DNA of 64,000 nt from Candidatus Sulfotelmatobacter sp. (GTDB taxonomy: Bacteria > Acidobacteriota > Terriglobia > Terriglobales > Acidobacteriaceae). The notes below the pieces were generated by a model. The model was given only the letters and a program-made list of their open reading frames with translations, searched no databases and was not told the origin of the DNA. The stretch covers positions 28,512 to 92,511 of the forward strand of contig DATKFH010000129.1 of the NCBI GenBank assembly GCA_035511455.1, read 5' to 3'. Of this stretch, positions 7,184-15,856 are shown in pieces (the first letter of the stretch is position 1; each line of letters opens with the position of its first letter). Made by a program: the position numbers and the translations under genes.

Positions 7184-8329
7184 ATGACTTCTACCAATCA
7201 GAAAAAGAGCACCACCGATAAGCACTCCCACGTCATGCGGCGCGAGATTTACGAGCAGCCCGAGGCCATTGCCAAAACCGTCCAGAAACATTTGCAGAAC
7301 GATCTGATTTTCCCCGGCGAACTCGACGCGATCGAAAGCTCGCTCCGCCCCTTCGAAAAACTCATCATCGCCGCCAGCGGATCGAGCCGTCACGCGGGCC
7401 TGGCCGGCGAAATCATGATCGAAGATCTTTCCGGCGTTGCGGTCGACGTGGAATACGCCAGCGAGTACTGCTATCGCTCAACCCATGCGGCCGTCGATCC
7501 GATTGTGATGGTCATTACGCAATCAGGAGAAACCGCCGATACCATCGCCGCGCAGCGCGAAGCCCTCACCCGCGGCGTCAAGACCATCGCCATCTCCAAC
7601 GTGTCCCCGGCCACCATCGTGCGCGAGGCCAGCGCCGCCCTGATCACAGGCGCAGGTCCGGAGTTAGCGATCCCCGCCACCAAGAGCTTCACCACTCAGG
7701 TCACGATTCTCTATCTGATGGCATTGTTCCTCGCGCGCAAGCGCGGACGCATGACTTCGGAAGTGACGCGTTCGTACCTCGAACGCCTCCTGCGCCTGCC
7801 CGACGCGATCGAACAGAGCCTCCAAACCTGGGACAATCTAGCCGAAGAATTCGGCGCGGCACATTTCAAAGCAGAAAAGTTTCTGTATCTCGGCCGCGGG
7901 GTGCACTATGCCATCGCGCGCGAGGGCGCGCTCAAGCTCAAAGAGATTTCTTACGCTCATGCCGAAGGCTATCCGGCGGGCGAACTCAAGCACGGCCCCA
8001 ATGCATTGGTGGATGAGAAGCTACCGGTCGTGGTCCTCGCCACCTGCGACCAAGCCGATCCCGATTCGGTCTTGCGCTACAAGCGAACCGTGGACGTCAT
8101 GAAGGAAGTGAAATCCCGGCGTGGCCCTCTGGTAGCGGTTGCAACCGAGGGCGACCATGAAGTCGCCACCGTCGCCGAGCAGGTATTTTACGTACCCCCA
8201 GCCCCAGAGTTGCTCCTGCCCATCGTCGAGGTGATCCCTCTCCAGCTCTTCGCCTACCATGTGGCTGTCAACAAGGGATACGACGTGGACCATCCGCGGA
8301 ATCTGGTGAAGGCGGTGGTCACAGAATAG
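7184..8329 (+). CDS. double-SIS-domain sugar-phosphate isomerase/deaminase (GlmS-isomerase-like, AgaS/FrlB type) without a glutaminase domain
   Basis: MRREIYEQPEAI..., IIAASGSSRHAG, VITQSGETADT, and a C-terminal tail DVDHPRNLVKAVVTE like GlmS C-termini. Confidence 0.8.
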   Translation: MTSTNQKKSTTDKHSHVMRREIYEQPEAIAKTVQKHLQNDLIFPGELDAIESSLRPFEKLIIAASGSSRHAGLAGEIMIEDLSGVAVDVEYASEYCYRSTHAAVDPIVMVITQSGETADTIAAQREALTRGVKTIAISNVSPATIVREASAALITGAGPELAIPATKSFTTQVTILYLMALFLARKRGRMTSEVTRSYLERLLRLPDAIEQSLQTWDNLAEEFGAAHFKAEKFLYLGRGVHYAIAREGALKLKEISYAHAEGYPAGELKHGPNALVDEKLPVVVLATCDQADPDSVLRYKRTVDVMKEVKSRRGPLVAVATEGDHEVATVAEQVFYVPPAPELLLPIVEVIPLQLFAYHVAVNKGYDVDHPRNLVKAVVTE

Positions 8330-8347
8330 TTGTTGTGTCTTGTGTGG

Positions 8348-8388
8348 GTCCGGGTCTCAGACCCGGACAGGCCGGGCAACGCCCGGCT
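8348..8388. repeat. two tandem GC-rich hairpins in a convergent intergenic region
   Basis: GTCCGGGTC-tca-GACCCGGAC followed by GCCGGGC-aac-GCCCGGC. There is no U-tract on either strand, so these are not classical intrinsic terminators. Confidence 0.5.
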
Positions 8389-8540
8389 GCTTCCACTGCT
8401 CCCAACAGACTCCCAATTCTAAGCGTTCACCAGGAACCGGCTGAGCAGCGACTCCAGTACCGCCGCCTTCTTCCGCAGCGCCTTTTTGAAAATGATGATG
8501 GTCCGTGAGGGAAATCCCCATCCGCAGCGTACGATGCCAG

Positions 8541-9629
8541 TCATCCCAGATACCTACTCTTGTCAGGGCCTGGCGGCCTTCCGATCTGCACTTGCTCCGC
8601 CTGATGGCTCTCGACCGACAACTTCCTCAGCGACAATCTTTCATGATGCGCCAGCAGCAGCCCCACCGGCACCACGGCCGCAAACGTCACCAGCCACAGC
8701 AAAATTCCGCAACTCGCCGCCATCTCCGGTGGCACGTCGAACACGCTCGACAGGGTAGCAATCGTTGCCATCTGCGACCCGCCGCCCACGGCAGGCAACT
8801 GCAACATCGAGCCCAGCATGCTCGAAAACATCAGAATCAACAGCTGCGAAACCGGGATCGCCAGCGCATCTACTCCGTAGGAATGGGTCACCTCCTGATA
8901 CGCCAATGCAATCACGTACCACATTCCCACCGATACCGCTGTGAGCGACAGCAGGGACACCGGCCCGTGAATCGTGTTCAGGCCCATGCCGAACTCGCGC
9001 ACTTTCTGCCCCAGCTTGTGTCCGAGATTCGACGCAAGGTGGGCGAAGCGCTGCTCCACCCAAAGCGCCGCCTTCTCACCGTTGCGCCCGATGATCACTG
9101 CCAGGACTGCCGTTCCAACCACCAGCACGGTGAGGATAAACCCCAGTTCGCGGAAGCGAACGTAGTACTCGGGATGCGGTATCGAAGGCAGTGCGCTAGG
9201 AAGGAAGATCGCGAGCAACATCAGAATCGTAAATGCGCCCATATCAAAAATGCGCTCCACGCCCCAGACTGCCAGTTGCGAAGAAAAGGGAAGGGCGGTC
9301 CGCCGCGCAATCAGGTACGGACGAATAAATTCTCCCGCCCGCCCCAGTAATGCCAGCCCGGTGAACCCGACCAGCGTGGGCGAGACCAAATCAATCGTCC
9401 TGGTTTTCGGACGCACCGGCTTCAGGAAAATTTTCCAGCGCCACGCCCGCATCCCGTATCCGACATAGATCAGGGCGATGCCATGCAGGACGTGCCATTT
9501 GTTGATCCGGTGGGTCTGGCTCCAGAACGTTCCCCAATCGAAAGTCCGCCAGTGCCGGTATTGCAGGTAAACCAGAACGGCCAGGATGAGGAACACCACC
9601 ACACTGGCCAGGATTCGCTTTTTATCCAT
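8541..9629 (-). CDS. flippase-like / lysyl-PG-synthase-TM-region family integral membrane protein (UPF0104-like)
   Basis: Polytopic membrane protein MDKKRILASVVVFLILAVLVYLQY...RAWRWKIFLKP, typical of the family. Start at ATG 9629 with GGAG upstream; the track ORF extends to 9689. Confidence 0.7.
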   Translation of the reverse strand: MDKKRILASVVVFLILAVLVYLQYRHWRTFDWGTFWSQTHRINKWHVLHGIALIYVGYGMRAWRWKIFLKPVRPKTRTIDLVSPTLVGFTGLALLGRAGEFIRPYLIARRTALPFSSQLAVWGVERIFDMGAFTILMLLAIFLPSALPSIPHPEYYVRFRELGFILTVLVVGTAVLAVIIGRNGEKAALWVEQRFAHLASNLGHKLGQKVREFGMGLNTIHGPVSLLSLTAVSVGMWYVIALAYQEVTHSYGVDALAIPVSQLLILMFSSMLGSMLQLPAVGGGSQMATIATLSSVFDVPPEMAASCGILLWLVTFAAVVPVGLLLAHHERLSLRKLSVESHQAEQVQIGRPPGPDKSRYLG

Positions 9630-9743
9630 GAAGGGGAAAAACTCCGCGCCGCGGCCCAAGCAACGCGAAGCGGGAAACGGCAGTACCAAAGGTATAAGAC
9701 CCTTTCGAACGGGTCAAACGCCAGTGGTATCTGTGGTCTGGGT

Positions 9744-9767
9744 GTGGAGCGGGTACTCCGGCCCGCT
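9744..9767. repeat. family-2 palindromic element, copy 2 (GTGGAGCGGGTACTCCGGCCCGCT)
   Basis: Stem AGCGGGT/GCCCGCT. It is intergenic, between the flippase-like start and the SLT stop. Confidence 0.55.
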
Positions 9768-9830
9768 GCCTTTGACTCTGCTTTCCGATTCTAATTGTTG
9801 TAAGAACGGCCGCCCACGCCGCAATCACCT

Positions 9831-10718
9831 TCACTCACTCGGCGACGGACTGGCTTCCGCCTGCGTGACGGGCTTAGGATGTTGCACCCTCGCTGTGGAG
9901 CCTGGCGCCTTCGGGTTCGTTTTTCTGCCGGCAGGGTTATTCTCCGCAGGAGTACTCTTCTCGGAAGAAGCAACCGCTCTTCGTTGCGCGGTCTTTTTCT
10001 TATTGAAGTCCTTCACGATGCGCGCCACGTAAGCCCGCGTCTCATGAAACGGAGGCACCCCGCCAAACTGTTCCACCCGTTGCGGCCCGGCGTTGTAAGC
10101 GGCCAGCGCCTTCACCAGGTCAAAGTTGTAGCGCTCCAGCAACTCCCGCAGATATCTCGTCCCGCCCTCCACGTTGGCCCGCGGATCAAACGCATTCGGC
10201 ACGCCGAGCTGCGACGCGGTTCCCGGCATCAGTTGCATCAGCCCTTGCGCCCCTTTCGGCGACACGGCACGCACATTGAATCCGCTCTCCGCCTTGATCA
10301 CGCTGTTCACCAGGTCAGGATCCAGCCGGTAACGCCCACTTGCCACATTTACCACTTCATTCAGATCCACCGAACCCGGCGCGCGGAAGCTAGGCTGCGA
10401 CATGGGTGCCCCATTTCTCGCGTAGTTTGCGAGAGGTGGTGTTCTTGACCTTGTCTCGTTTGCAACTCCCGATTCCGAAACCGGCGGATCTGGTGCTTCC
10501 TCGTAGTGATCGATCTCGGCCGTAGGTATGTCCACAAAGCTGGCTCCGTCGGCGCTCATATAAAGACGCGTAACCTCCCCAACAACTTCGCGCCGCTGAT
10601 GTTGGATGGTGAATCCGTTCCTCAACACTGCCACCTCGGCGGCAAAGCAGGGAAGTGCCGCCGCCGCCAGAATTGCGACGGCCCCAACACGCAATAGATA
10701 TGAGTACAGACGTCTCAT
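9831..10718 (-). CDS. lytic transglycosylase (SLT domain), secreted
   Basis: Signal peptide MRRLYSYLLRVGAVAILAAAALPCFA. SLT core VIKAESGFNVRAVSPKGAQGLMQLMPGTA...AAYNAGPQRV. Confidence 0.85.
   Translation of the reverse strand: MRRLYSYLLRVGAVAILAAAALPCFAAEVAVLRNGFTIQHQRREVVGEVTRLYMSADGASFVDIPTAEIDHYEEAPDPPVSESGVANETRSRTPPLANYARNGAPMSQPSFRAPGSVDLNEVVNVASGRYRLDPDLVNSVIKAESGFNVRAVSPKGAQGLMQLMPGTASQLGVPNAFDPRANVEGGTRYLRELLERYNFDLVKALAAYNAGPQRVEQFGGVPPFHETRAYVARIVKDFNKKKTAQRRAVASSEKSTPAENNPAGRKTNPKAPGSTARVQHPKPVTQAEASPSPSE
10404..10441. repeat. family-1 palindromic element, degenerate copy embedded in-frame in the SLT gene
   Basis: GGGTGCCCCATTTCTCGCG (10404..10422) is 19/19 identical to 14947..14965. 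The right arm GCGAGAGGTGGTG pairs imperfectly with the left arm. It encodes ...TPPLANYARNGAPMS... in the linker before the SLT domain. Confidence 0.65.
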
Positions 10719-10748
10719 CTGTTACCAACCCCGAATCCCAGCCAACGA

Positions 10749-11621
10749 CTACGGGGCTACCAACGACGATTGCCCCAGCGCAGCCTCGACTGCAGCCGCC
10801 ACGCCGCACTCGTCATTCCCCCGGGTCACCGTCCAACCCCGGCCGCGCAGCTCCGCGCAGGCATTCCCCATGATAACCGGATACCCCGCAAACTCAAGCA
10901 TCTCTACGTCATTATGATTGTCACCGACGGCCATGACCTGTTCGCGCCGATAGCCGCGATAGGCCGCCCAGCGCTCCAGGGCATGCCCTTTCGAGCAGCC
11001 CGTATTCAGTACGTCGATCATCGACAAATCCCGCGGGGGATACTCGGTCCGCAACACCGTCACCAGCCCATCCATCCCGGCTTGTCCCAGGGCCTGCAAA
11101 GCCTTGCTCATCCGCGCCATCGACCCACAAAACATCGCCTGCACCGGATCAGCCGTCAGCGCCCTCTCAATGGGCACCACGAACTCGATGTACTCCCTAT
11201 TCTTCTCAAGCCATCGCCGGATGCTCTCGCCCAGTTCATCGAGCCGCTCCAGCACAATCGCACCCTTACCTTCGGTGTCAAAGGTCAGAACGGTGTTGCC
11301 CCGGAATTCTTGCATCGCCACGCACAGCCGCCGGCAAGTTTCGGCCGGCATCAAGTCGCGATGGAACCTCTCTCCGGCCAGCGACCGCGTTACCGCCCCA
11401 TTGGAACTGATCAGCCACAAATCGAATCCAAGCTGTTTCGCGATCGGCAAGGCAAACGTATGCCTGCGGCCGGTGACCAGCACAATTTCGATTCCGGCCG
11501 CATGCGCCCGCCGCAGCGCCGCCAGGTCGCCATCGGAAATCTGAAATTGTGGATTGAGCAACGTGCCGTCGATATCGGTCGCCAGCAGCCGGATGGGGGG
11601 CTTCGAACTCGTCACCATCAT
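10749..11621 (-). CDS. Cof-type HAD-IIB family hydrolase (sugar-phosphatase-like)
   Basis: Motif I ATDIDGTLL, VTGRRH, motif III/IV GDNHNDVEML. Confidence 0.85.
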   Translation of the reverse strand: MMVTSSKPPIRLLATDIDGTLLNPQFQISDGDLAALRRAHAAGIEIVLVTGRRHTFALPIAKQLGFDLWLISSNGAVTRSLAGERFHRDLMPAETCRRLCVAMQEFRGNTVLTFDTEGKGAIVLERLDELGESIRRWLEKNREYIEFVVPIERALTADPVQAMFCGSMARMSKALQALGQAGMDGLVTVLRTEYPPRDLSMIDVLNTGCSKGHALERWAAYRGYRREQVMAVGDNHNDVEMLEFAGYPVIMGNACAELRGRGWTVTRGNDECGVAAAVEAALGQSSLVAP

Positions 11622-11892
11622 CTATTTTACCATCAGCCACTCACCAGTCCCGAGCGGACCATGGCTTGACATCGCCTTCCCATTAGGCAGAATAGTTAAT
11701 ACCAAAATAGACTCTGTGTCGTAGCTTGAGCGTGCAGACAAGACAACAAATAGCGATGCGTTTCGAGCCGCGAAGCGGCGCAAGAATAAAGCCCAGGGCG
11801 CAAGTCGTGGGTAAATGTAGGAAATAAACAAGCCCCGAGGGGTAGAAGAAAGCCTACAACAGGGCCCAACCGCACCCTCGCAGAAGGAAAGA

Positions 11893-12327
11893 TTGATCGA
11901 ATCGTTCATGCTTCTCCGCCATTGGCTACTCGCCTCTTGTGTACTCACACTTCTCGCCGCAGGCCTGATCTCGTGCGGCTCGAGCAACCAGAGCATCGGC
12001 CGGGTGCTCACCTCAATCGTCGTCACGCCCCAGACGGCGGACGCCGAAAGCTCTCCCATTGGACAGGTCGTCTTCACGGCGACCGGCACATTCAGCCTCC
12101 CGCCCTACACCGGTCCGTTGACTTTTGTGGCTCCCTACAGCGGACAGTTCGTCGTCAACAATCCCACCAACGCGACCATCGCAACCGTAGTCTCTAACGG
12201 CACCGGCACTGTAACCGTACAATGTGCCCCCAGTGCGTCGGGGAGCGTGTACGTCACCGCGACCGCGTCCGCCAACAATGGCAGCACTCTGGTGGTCTCC
12301 GGCAGCGGCCAACTCACCTGTCCCTAG
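11893..12327 (+). CDS. small lipoprotein with an Ig-like (Big_2-like) beta domain
   Basis: Signal peptide plus lipobox LLAAGLISCGSS. The Thr/Val-rich body has GTGTVTVQC...VYVTATA. The real start may be ATG 11908. Confidence 0.55.
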   Translation: MIESFMLLRHWLLASCVLTLLAAGLISCGSSNQSIGRVLTSIVVTPQTADAESSPIGQVVFTATGTFSLPPYTGPLTFVAPYSGQFVVNNPTNATIATVVSNGTGTVTVQCAPSASGSVYVTATASANNGSTLVVSGSGQLTCP

Positions 12328-12345
12328 CACCGAAATCCCCCAAGC

Positions 12346-12882
12346 TCAGCTACTCAAATTGCCAGGCTCGCTCACCTTCTTGCGGAGAATCCCGGCCGAG
12401 GCCAGCGTCACCACCAGCCCGATCGGAAAAACTTCCATGAAGGTCATGGCCACATTGATCGCCGGATTGTCATACATCACCTTGAACTGCTTTGCTTTCT
12501 CCTCTGTCTCCGCCACCTTCTGCTGGTTCGCCCCGGACGCCTTGGCGTGCTCCACCATGTGGGCGGCATATTTCTCGGCAAAGTCGGGCATCCATGTGTA
12601 GCGGAGGATTTCCCAGGTGCCCACGTAGCACGCGTTGGAGATCAACGTGATCAGGATGCCGACGGCGAACCCACGGCCAAATGTCAGGCGCCCGCCCCCA
12701 GCATTCTCCCGGTACGAACGAACCCCGAAGAACACCATAAGCGCCGAGAGCACGATCGTGGTGTACCCAAGGATTTCTCCTTTCTCGAAGCCGATCTTGT
12801 CGACGAACGGGACCGTGAGCACCATCATCACGGCGGACAGCGCGCCGGAAATCAATCCAAAAATCAGAACTGTCTTTTTCAT
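12346..12882 (-). CDS. DUF4199-like 4-TM membrane protein
   Basis: MKKTVLIFGLISGALSAVMMVL...; its size (178 aa) and topology fit DUF4199. Confidence 0.65.
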   Translation of the reverse strand: MKKTVLIFGLISGALSAVMMVLTVPFVDKIGFEKGEILGYTTIVLSALMVFFGVRSYRENAGGGRLTFGRGFAVGILITLISNACYVGTWEILRYTWMPDFAEKYAAHMVEHAKASGANQQKVAETEEKAKQFKVMYDNPAINVAMTFMEVFPIGLVVTLASAGILRKKVSEPGNLSS

Positions 12883-12954
12883 TGAATTGCAGTCTCCTTT
12901 TCCCAGAATCCAGCATTCACATACCCAAATGTCGCGAGGGACCCGGCGTGAGGG

Positions 12955-13365
12955 TCAGTCTTCCCTTAGCTTTGGCGGTTCCCATAACTCAATGCGGTTG
13001 CCGTCTGGATCGGTGATCCAGGCGAAGCGGCCGTAGTCGTAGTCTTGCCGGTGAGGATCGATTTCGATCCCTGACTTCTTCAGCTCTTCCAGCAGGGCGT
13101 CGAGATCTTCGACGCGATAGTTGATCATGAAGCCGGCTTTGCCCGCGCCGAAATATTTAGTCGTCTGCGGGAAGATCGACCACGCAGTCAAGGCTTTGGG
13201 ACCGGGTTCGGTGCCGTCGGCGGCCTGCAACTCGCGCCAGTGAAACGATGCTCCCTGGCCGTGTGGCTCGCGCTCGATACCGAGATGCTTCTCATACCAG
13301 TCGTAGAGCTGCTGCGGATTTTCTGATTTAAAGAAAATTCCGCCCATGCCGGTTACGCGCTTCAT
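12955..13365 (-). CDS. VOC (glyoxalase/bleomycin-resistance fold) family protein
   Basis: MKRVTGMGGIFFKSENPQQLYDWYEKHLGI...DPDGNRIELWEP, typical of small VOC proteins. Confidence 0.8.
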   Translation of the reverse strand: MKRVTGMGGIFFKSENPQQLYDWYEKHLGIEREPHGQGASFHWRELQAADGTEPGPKALTAWSIFPQTTKYFGAGKAGFMINYRVEDLDALLEELKKSGIEIDPHRQDYDYGRFAWITDPDGNRIELWEPPKLRED

Positions 13366-13486
13366 GAGCCTCCTTTGCCGCTTTCATGTCCGGAAATGTA
13401 GCCGGAGACGTGCGCGATGTCGTCACACTTTCGGGTGATTTTGCATTTGGCAGCGAAAAATCATGCTTTCGGGTGGGGCAGAGGCC

Positions 13487-14005
13487 TTACGGAATCAGCC
13501 GGGCGGTCTTGCCGATCTGCACGGCCTGGGTCCGCCGCTTAGCGCCGAGCTTGTCAAACAGCCGGCTGGAATGGGTCTTTACGGTGTTTTCGCTAACAAA
13601 GAGCCGGTCGGCAATCTCCCGATTGCTCAACCCGGCGGCGATGAGCCCAAGAATCTCCAGTTCACGCGCGGTGATGCCGAGTTTGCTAACGCGCGTCTCA
13701 TCCACGACGAACGGACTGGCGACCGGCACCGGAACTTCCTTGACTATAGTTTCCTTGACGATCTTTTCCTGGACGATCGGCGCCGCCTTCTTTCTGGTGA
13801 GTGTCTGCCCCAGCCAGATGCCAAGCCCTGCGAACAGGACGGCGACCAGTGCGCCATAGATTTCGACCGAATGCTCGACCACCAGAAAGCGGTACTTCGT
13901 CAGGTTCAGGATCGCGATGAGCACGCCGCCGCACACGCCGTAGAGCAGGATGTCGCGCACCACGCGACTGCGCGAACTCCGTGCGGATTCCCTCGTCAGG
14001 CTCAC
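13487..14005 (-). CDS. membrane-anchored LuxR-family transcription regulator (2 TM + HTH)
   Basis: Two N-terminal TM helices (ILLYGVCGGVLIAILNL; IYGALVAVLFAGLGIWLG). C-terminal LuxR HTH: ITARELEILGLIAAGLSNREIADRLFVSENTVKTHSSRLFDKLG. Confidence 0.8.
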   Translation of the reverse strand: MSLTRESARSSRSRVVRDILLYGVCGGVLIAILNLTKYRFLVVEHSVEIYGALVAVLFAGLGIWLGQTLTRKKAAPIVQEKIVKETIVKEVPVPVASPFVVDETRVSKLGITARELEILGLIAAGLSNREIADRLFVSENTVKTHSSRLFDKLGAKRRTQAVQIGKTARLIP

Positions 14006-14028
14006 GGCACGCCATCATACCGGAACAC

Positions 14029-14096
14029 CACAGCCTTTGGGGGCTGTGCTCGTGTGGGGACGGGCACTGTTGCCCATCCGCCGAGCCAAGCTCGGC
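14029..14096. repeat. cluster of three GC-rich stem-loops (REP-like)
   Basis: CACAGCC-tttggg-GGCTGTG; GGGCA-ctgt-TGCCC; GCCGAGC-caa-GCTCGGC. The last is near-identical to 7117..7133. Confidence 0.5.
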
Positions 14097-14118
14097 TGGA
14101 GCGACACGAGATTAAGCC

Positions 14119-14856
14119 CTACGCCGGCAGCCTCGCCAGCAGCCCACTAGCCTTCCGAAACCATGGCCGCTCCCGCCGCCGCAAATATCCCGGCATGGTT
14201 GGTTTCTTGTCGAGAATCTTCTGAGCCCACACGCGCGCCTCAGCTATCCGTCCTTGCGACTGAAGAAACAACGCGTAGTGATAGTAGGTCTCGGAAATTG
14301 TGGAGATCCGCGTCGCTTCCCGAAACATGGCGTTCGCCTTCTCGGCCTGGCCGGTCTGCGCGTACGCCCACGCCAGCAATCCCTTGGCGCGGTGGAAGTC
14401 ATAATCCGGATCGGAACTCACCGCACGTTCCAAATCTGGCTCAGCTGCGGCAAAGTCCCCCAGTTCGACTTCCGCGACGCCGCGCCGGTAGAACGCGTCA
14501 ACATCGTCTGCACGGGAGGCAATCGCCTTGTCATAACACGCGCGCGCCTGGGCGAAGTTGCCGTCGTCCAAATACAGCAGTCCCAGTTCTTCGTAGTTTC
14601 CCGCGGATGGATTGTCGAGGATGGTTCGTTCCAGTTCGCGGATCCGCCGCCGCCGCGGGAACACTTGAAAGGAACTCCGCAGCAGCCCAGCGTCGGGAAT
14701 GACCTCAACCGCGATATAAACCAGCGCGCCCACCCAGTGAAACAGGATCACCCAGATCCAGAAGAAATCCGGGCGCCGCCGAATGAAGTGGACGATCGCC
14801 ACAACCCGCAGCAGAATGCTCCACCACGAAAAGGCAAAGAAAAGAAACGATCCCAT
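14119..14856 (-). CDS. TPR-repeat protein with an N-terminal 2-TM domain resembling the PLD/cardiolipin-synthase N-terminal (PLDc_N) module
   Basis: N-terminus FSWWSILLRVVAIVHFIRRRPDFFWIWVILFHWVGALVYIAVEVIPD, then TPRs (ARACYDKAIA..., AFYRRGVAEVELGDFAAAEPDLERAV...). Confidence 0.7.
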   Translation of the reverse strand: MGSFLFFAFSWWSILLRVVAIVHFIRRRPDFFWIWVILFHWVGALVYIAVEVIPDAGLLRSSFQVFPRRRRIRELERTILDNPSAGNYEELGLLYLDDGNFAQARACYDKAIASRADDVDAFYRRGVAEVELGDFAAAEPDLERAVSSDPDYDFHRAKGLLAWAYAQTGQAEKANAMFREATRISTISETYYHYALFLQSQGRIAEARVWAQKILDKKPTMPGYLRRRERPWFRKASGLLARLPA

Positions 14857-14946
14857 GGGAACCGCACTATAGCATGCAGGCCGAGCGCCCCCCGAAACGG
14901 GTTAGACAGAATTTGAAGAAACAGCGAGCGCCGGGGGCGCGCCTGC

Positions 14947-14988
14947 GGGTGCCCCATTTCTCGCGCGTTCTTTGCGCGAGAAGTGGGG
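14947..14988. repeat. family-1 palindromic element, copy (GGGTGCCCCATTTCTCGCGC-gttcttt-GCGCGAGAAGTGGGG)
   Basis: A 15-bp stem with one G.U pair. It is intergenic, just after the cytochrome c stop. Confidence 0.7.
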
Positions 14989-15001
14989 ATTTTCGCAGTG
15001 A

Positions 15002-15547
15002 CTACTTGTTTATTTGCTGGCTAACGTTCGTCACCGTCGCCGGCACCGGAGCCAGGCTATCCTTCACCGACTTGGGCAGCTTATCCGCATTCGCCAACAA
15101 CAGGCTCACCTGCCACATCTGCGTCGTCGACAATGACTTGTCGAATCCCGGCATCCCCGTCATTCGGATTCCTCCCGCCACCTTCCAGTAGGTCTCTCCC
15201 GGAGAATCGTCCGTCACGCCCTTTCCCTCGAGCAGGACCGGAGGTTTGGGAAACATCCCCTTGGCGATGGCCGTCTGAGCTTGTGCCGGCAGCCCGTGAC
15301 ACACCGCGCAGTGCTCCTTGTAGACCTTAGCCCCGGCCGCGTACGCACCCTCGTCGGCGGTCACGGGCACCGTCTTCGGCATTTCCTTATCCAGTCGCGC
15401 ATGCAGCGCCATGCGCGCCATCATCTTTTCAAACGGCAGAGGCGGCGCCGCCGTTGCTACCGGAGCGCTGCCCGAGGAAAAATAGAAGTAGACCAGCGCA
15501 GGAACCGCTACGAATCCCAGGACCAGGCCGACCAGAAACGTTTTCAT
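15002..15547 (-). CDS. membrane-anchored mono-haem c-type cytochrome
   Basis: N-terminal TM MKTFLVGLVLGFVAVPALVYFYF. Haem motif CAVCHG. Distal Met candidates in GGIRMTGMPGF. Confidence 0.8.
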   Translation of the reverse strand: MKTFLVGLVLGFVAVPALVYFYFSSGSAPVATAAPPLPFEKMMARMALHARLDKEMPKTVPVTADEGAYAAGAKVYKEHCAVCHGLPAQAQTAIAKGMFPKPPVLLEGKGVTDDSPGETYWKVAGGIRMTGMPGFDKSLSTTQMWQVSLLLANADKLPKSVKDSLAPVPATVTNVSQQINK

Positions 15548-15856
15548 TCCCTAATCTCCGTGGTGTGAGGTGACCACAAATACTAAACGAAAACCTCCGA
15601 AATTGCCGGAGGCAACTGAGTTGAAAAGAGATTGGCGGAAGTGATCCTGCCAGTCCACCGTTCGGTGGTGACCGTGCCCTCGACCTTGGTTCTGCTCCAC
15701 GACCTGTTTTTGATCGAGGTCGGCTAAACGCTCGTGGCCACGCTCGTGGTCGGAGCCATCATCGGCGGTCTCAGCGGCCGACTCACACTGCCGGCACCGG
15801 AGCGCAGTAGCTAGGTCCCGACGCAAGATTGCATGCAGGTTGTGCCCGGATGCTCT

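Noticed and set aside
8419-8544. 41-aa - strand ORF starting with an ATGA overlap at the flippase-like gene stop
   Set aside because: An ATGA overlap plus a 41-codon open frame is quite likely by chance in GC-rich DNA. It has no recognisable features.
15551-15826. 91-aa TTG-initiated His-rich ORF upstream of cytochrome c
   Set aside because: It contains a terminator-like hairpin plus U-tract, has a non-ATG start and has an odd composition. It is kept only as a note in the findings.
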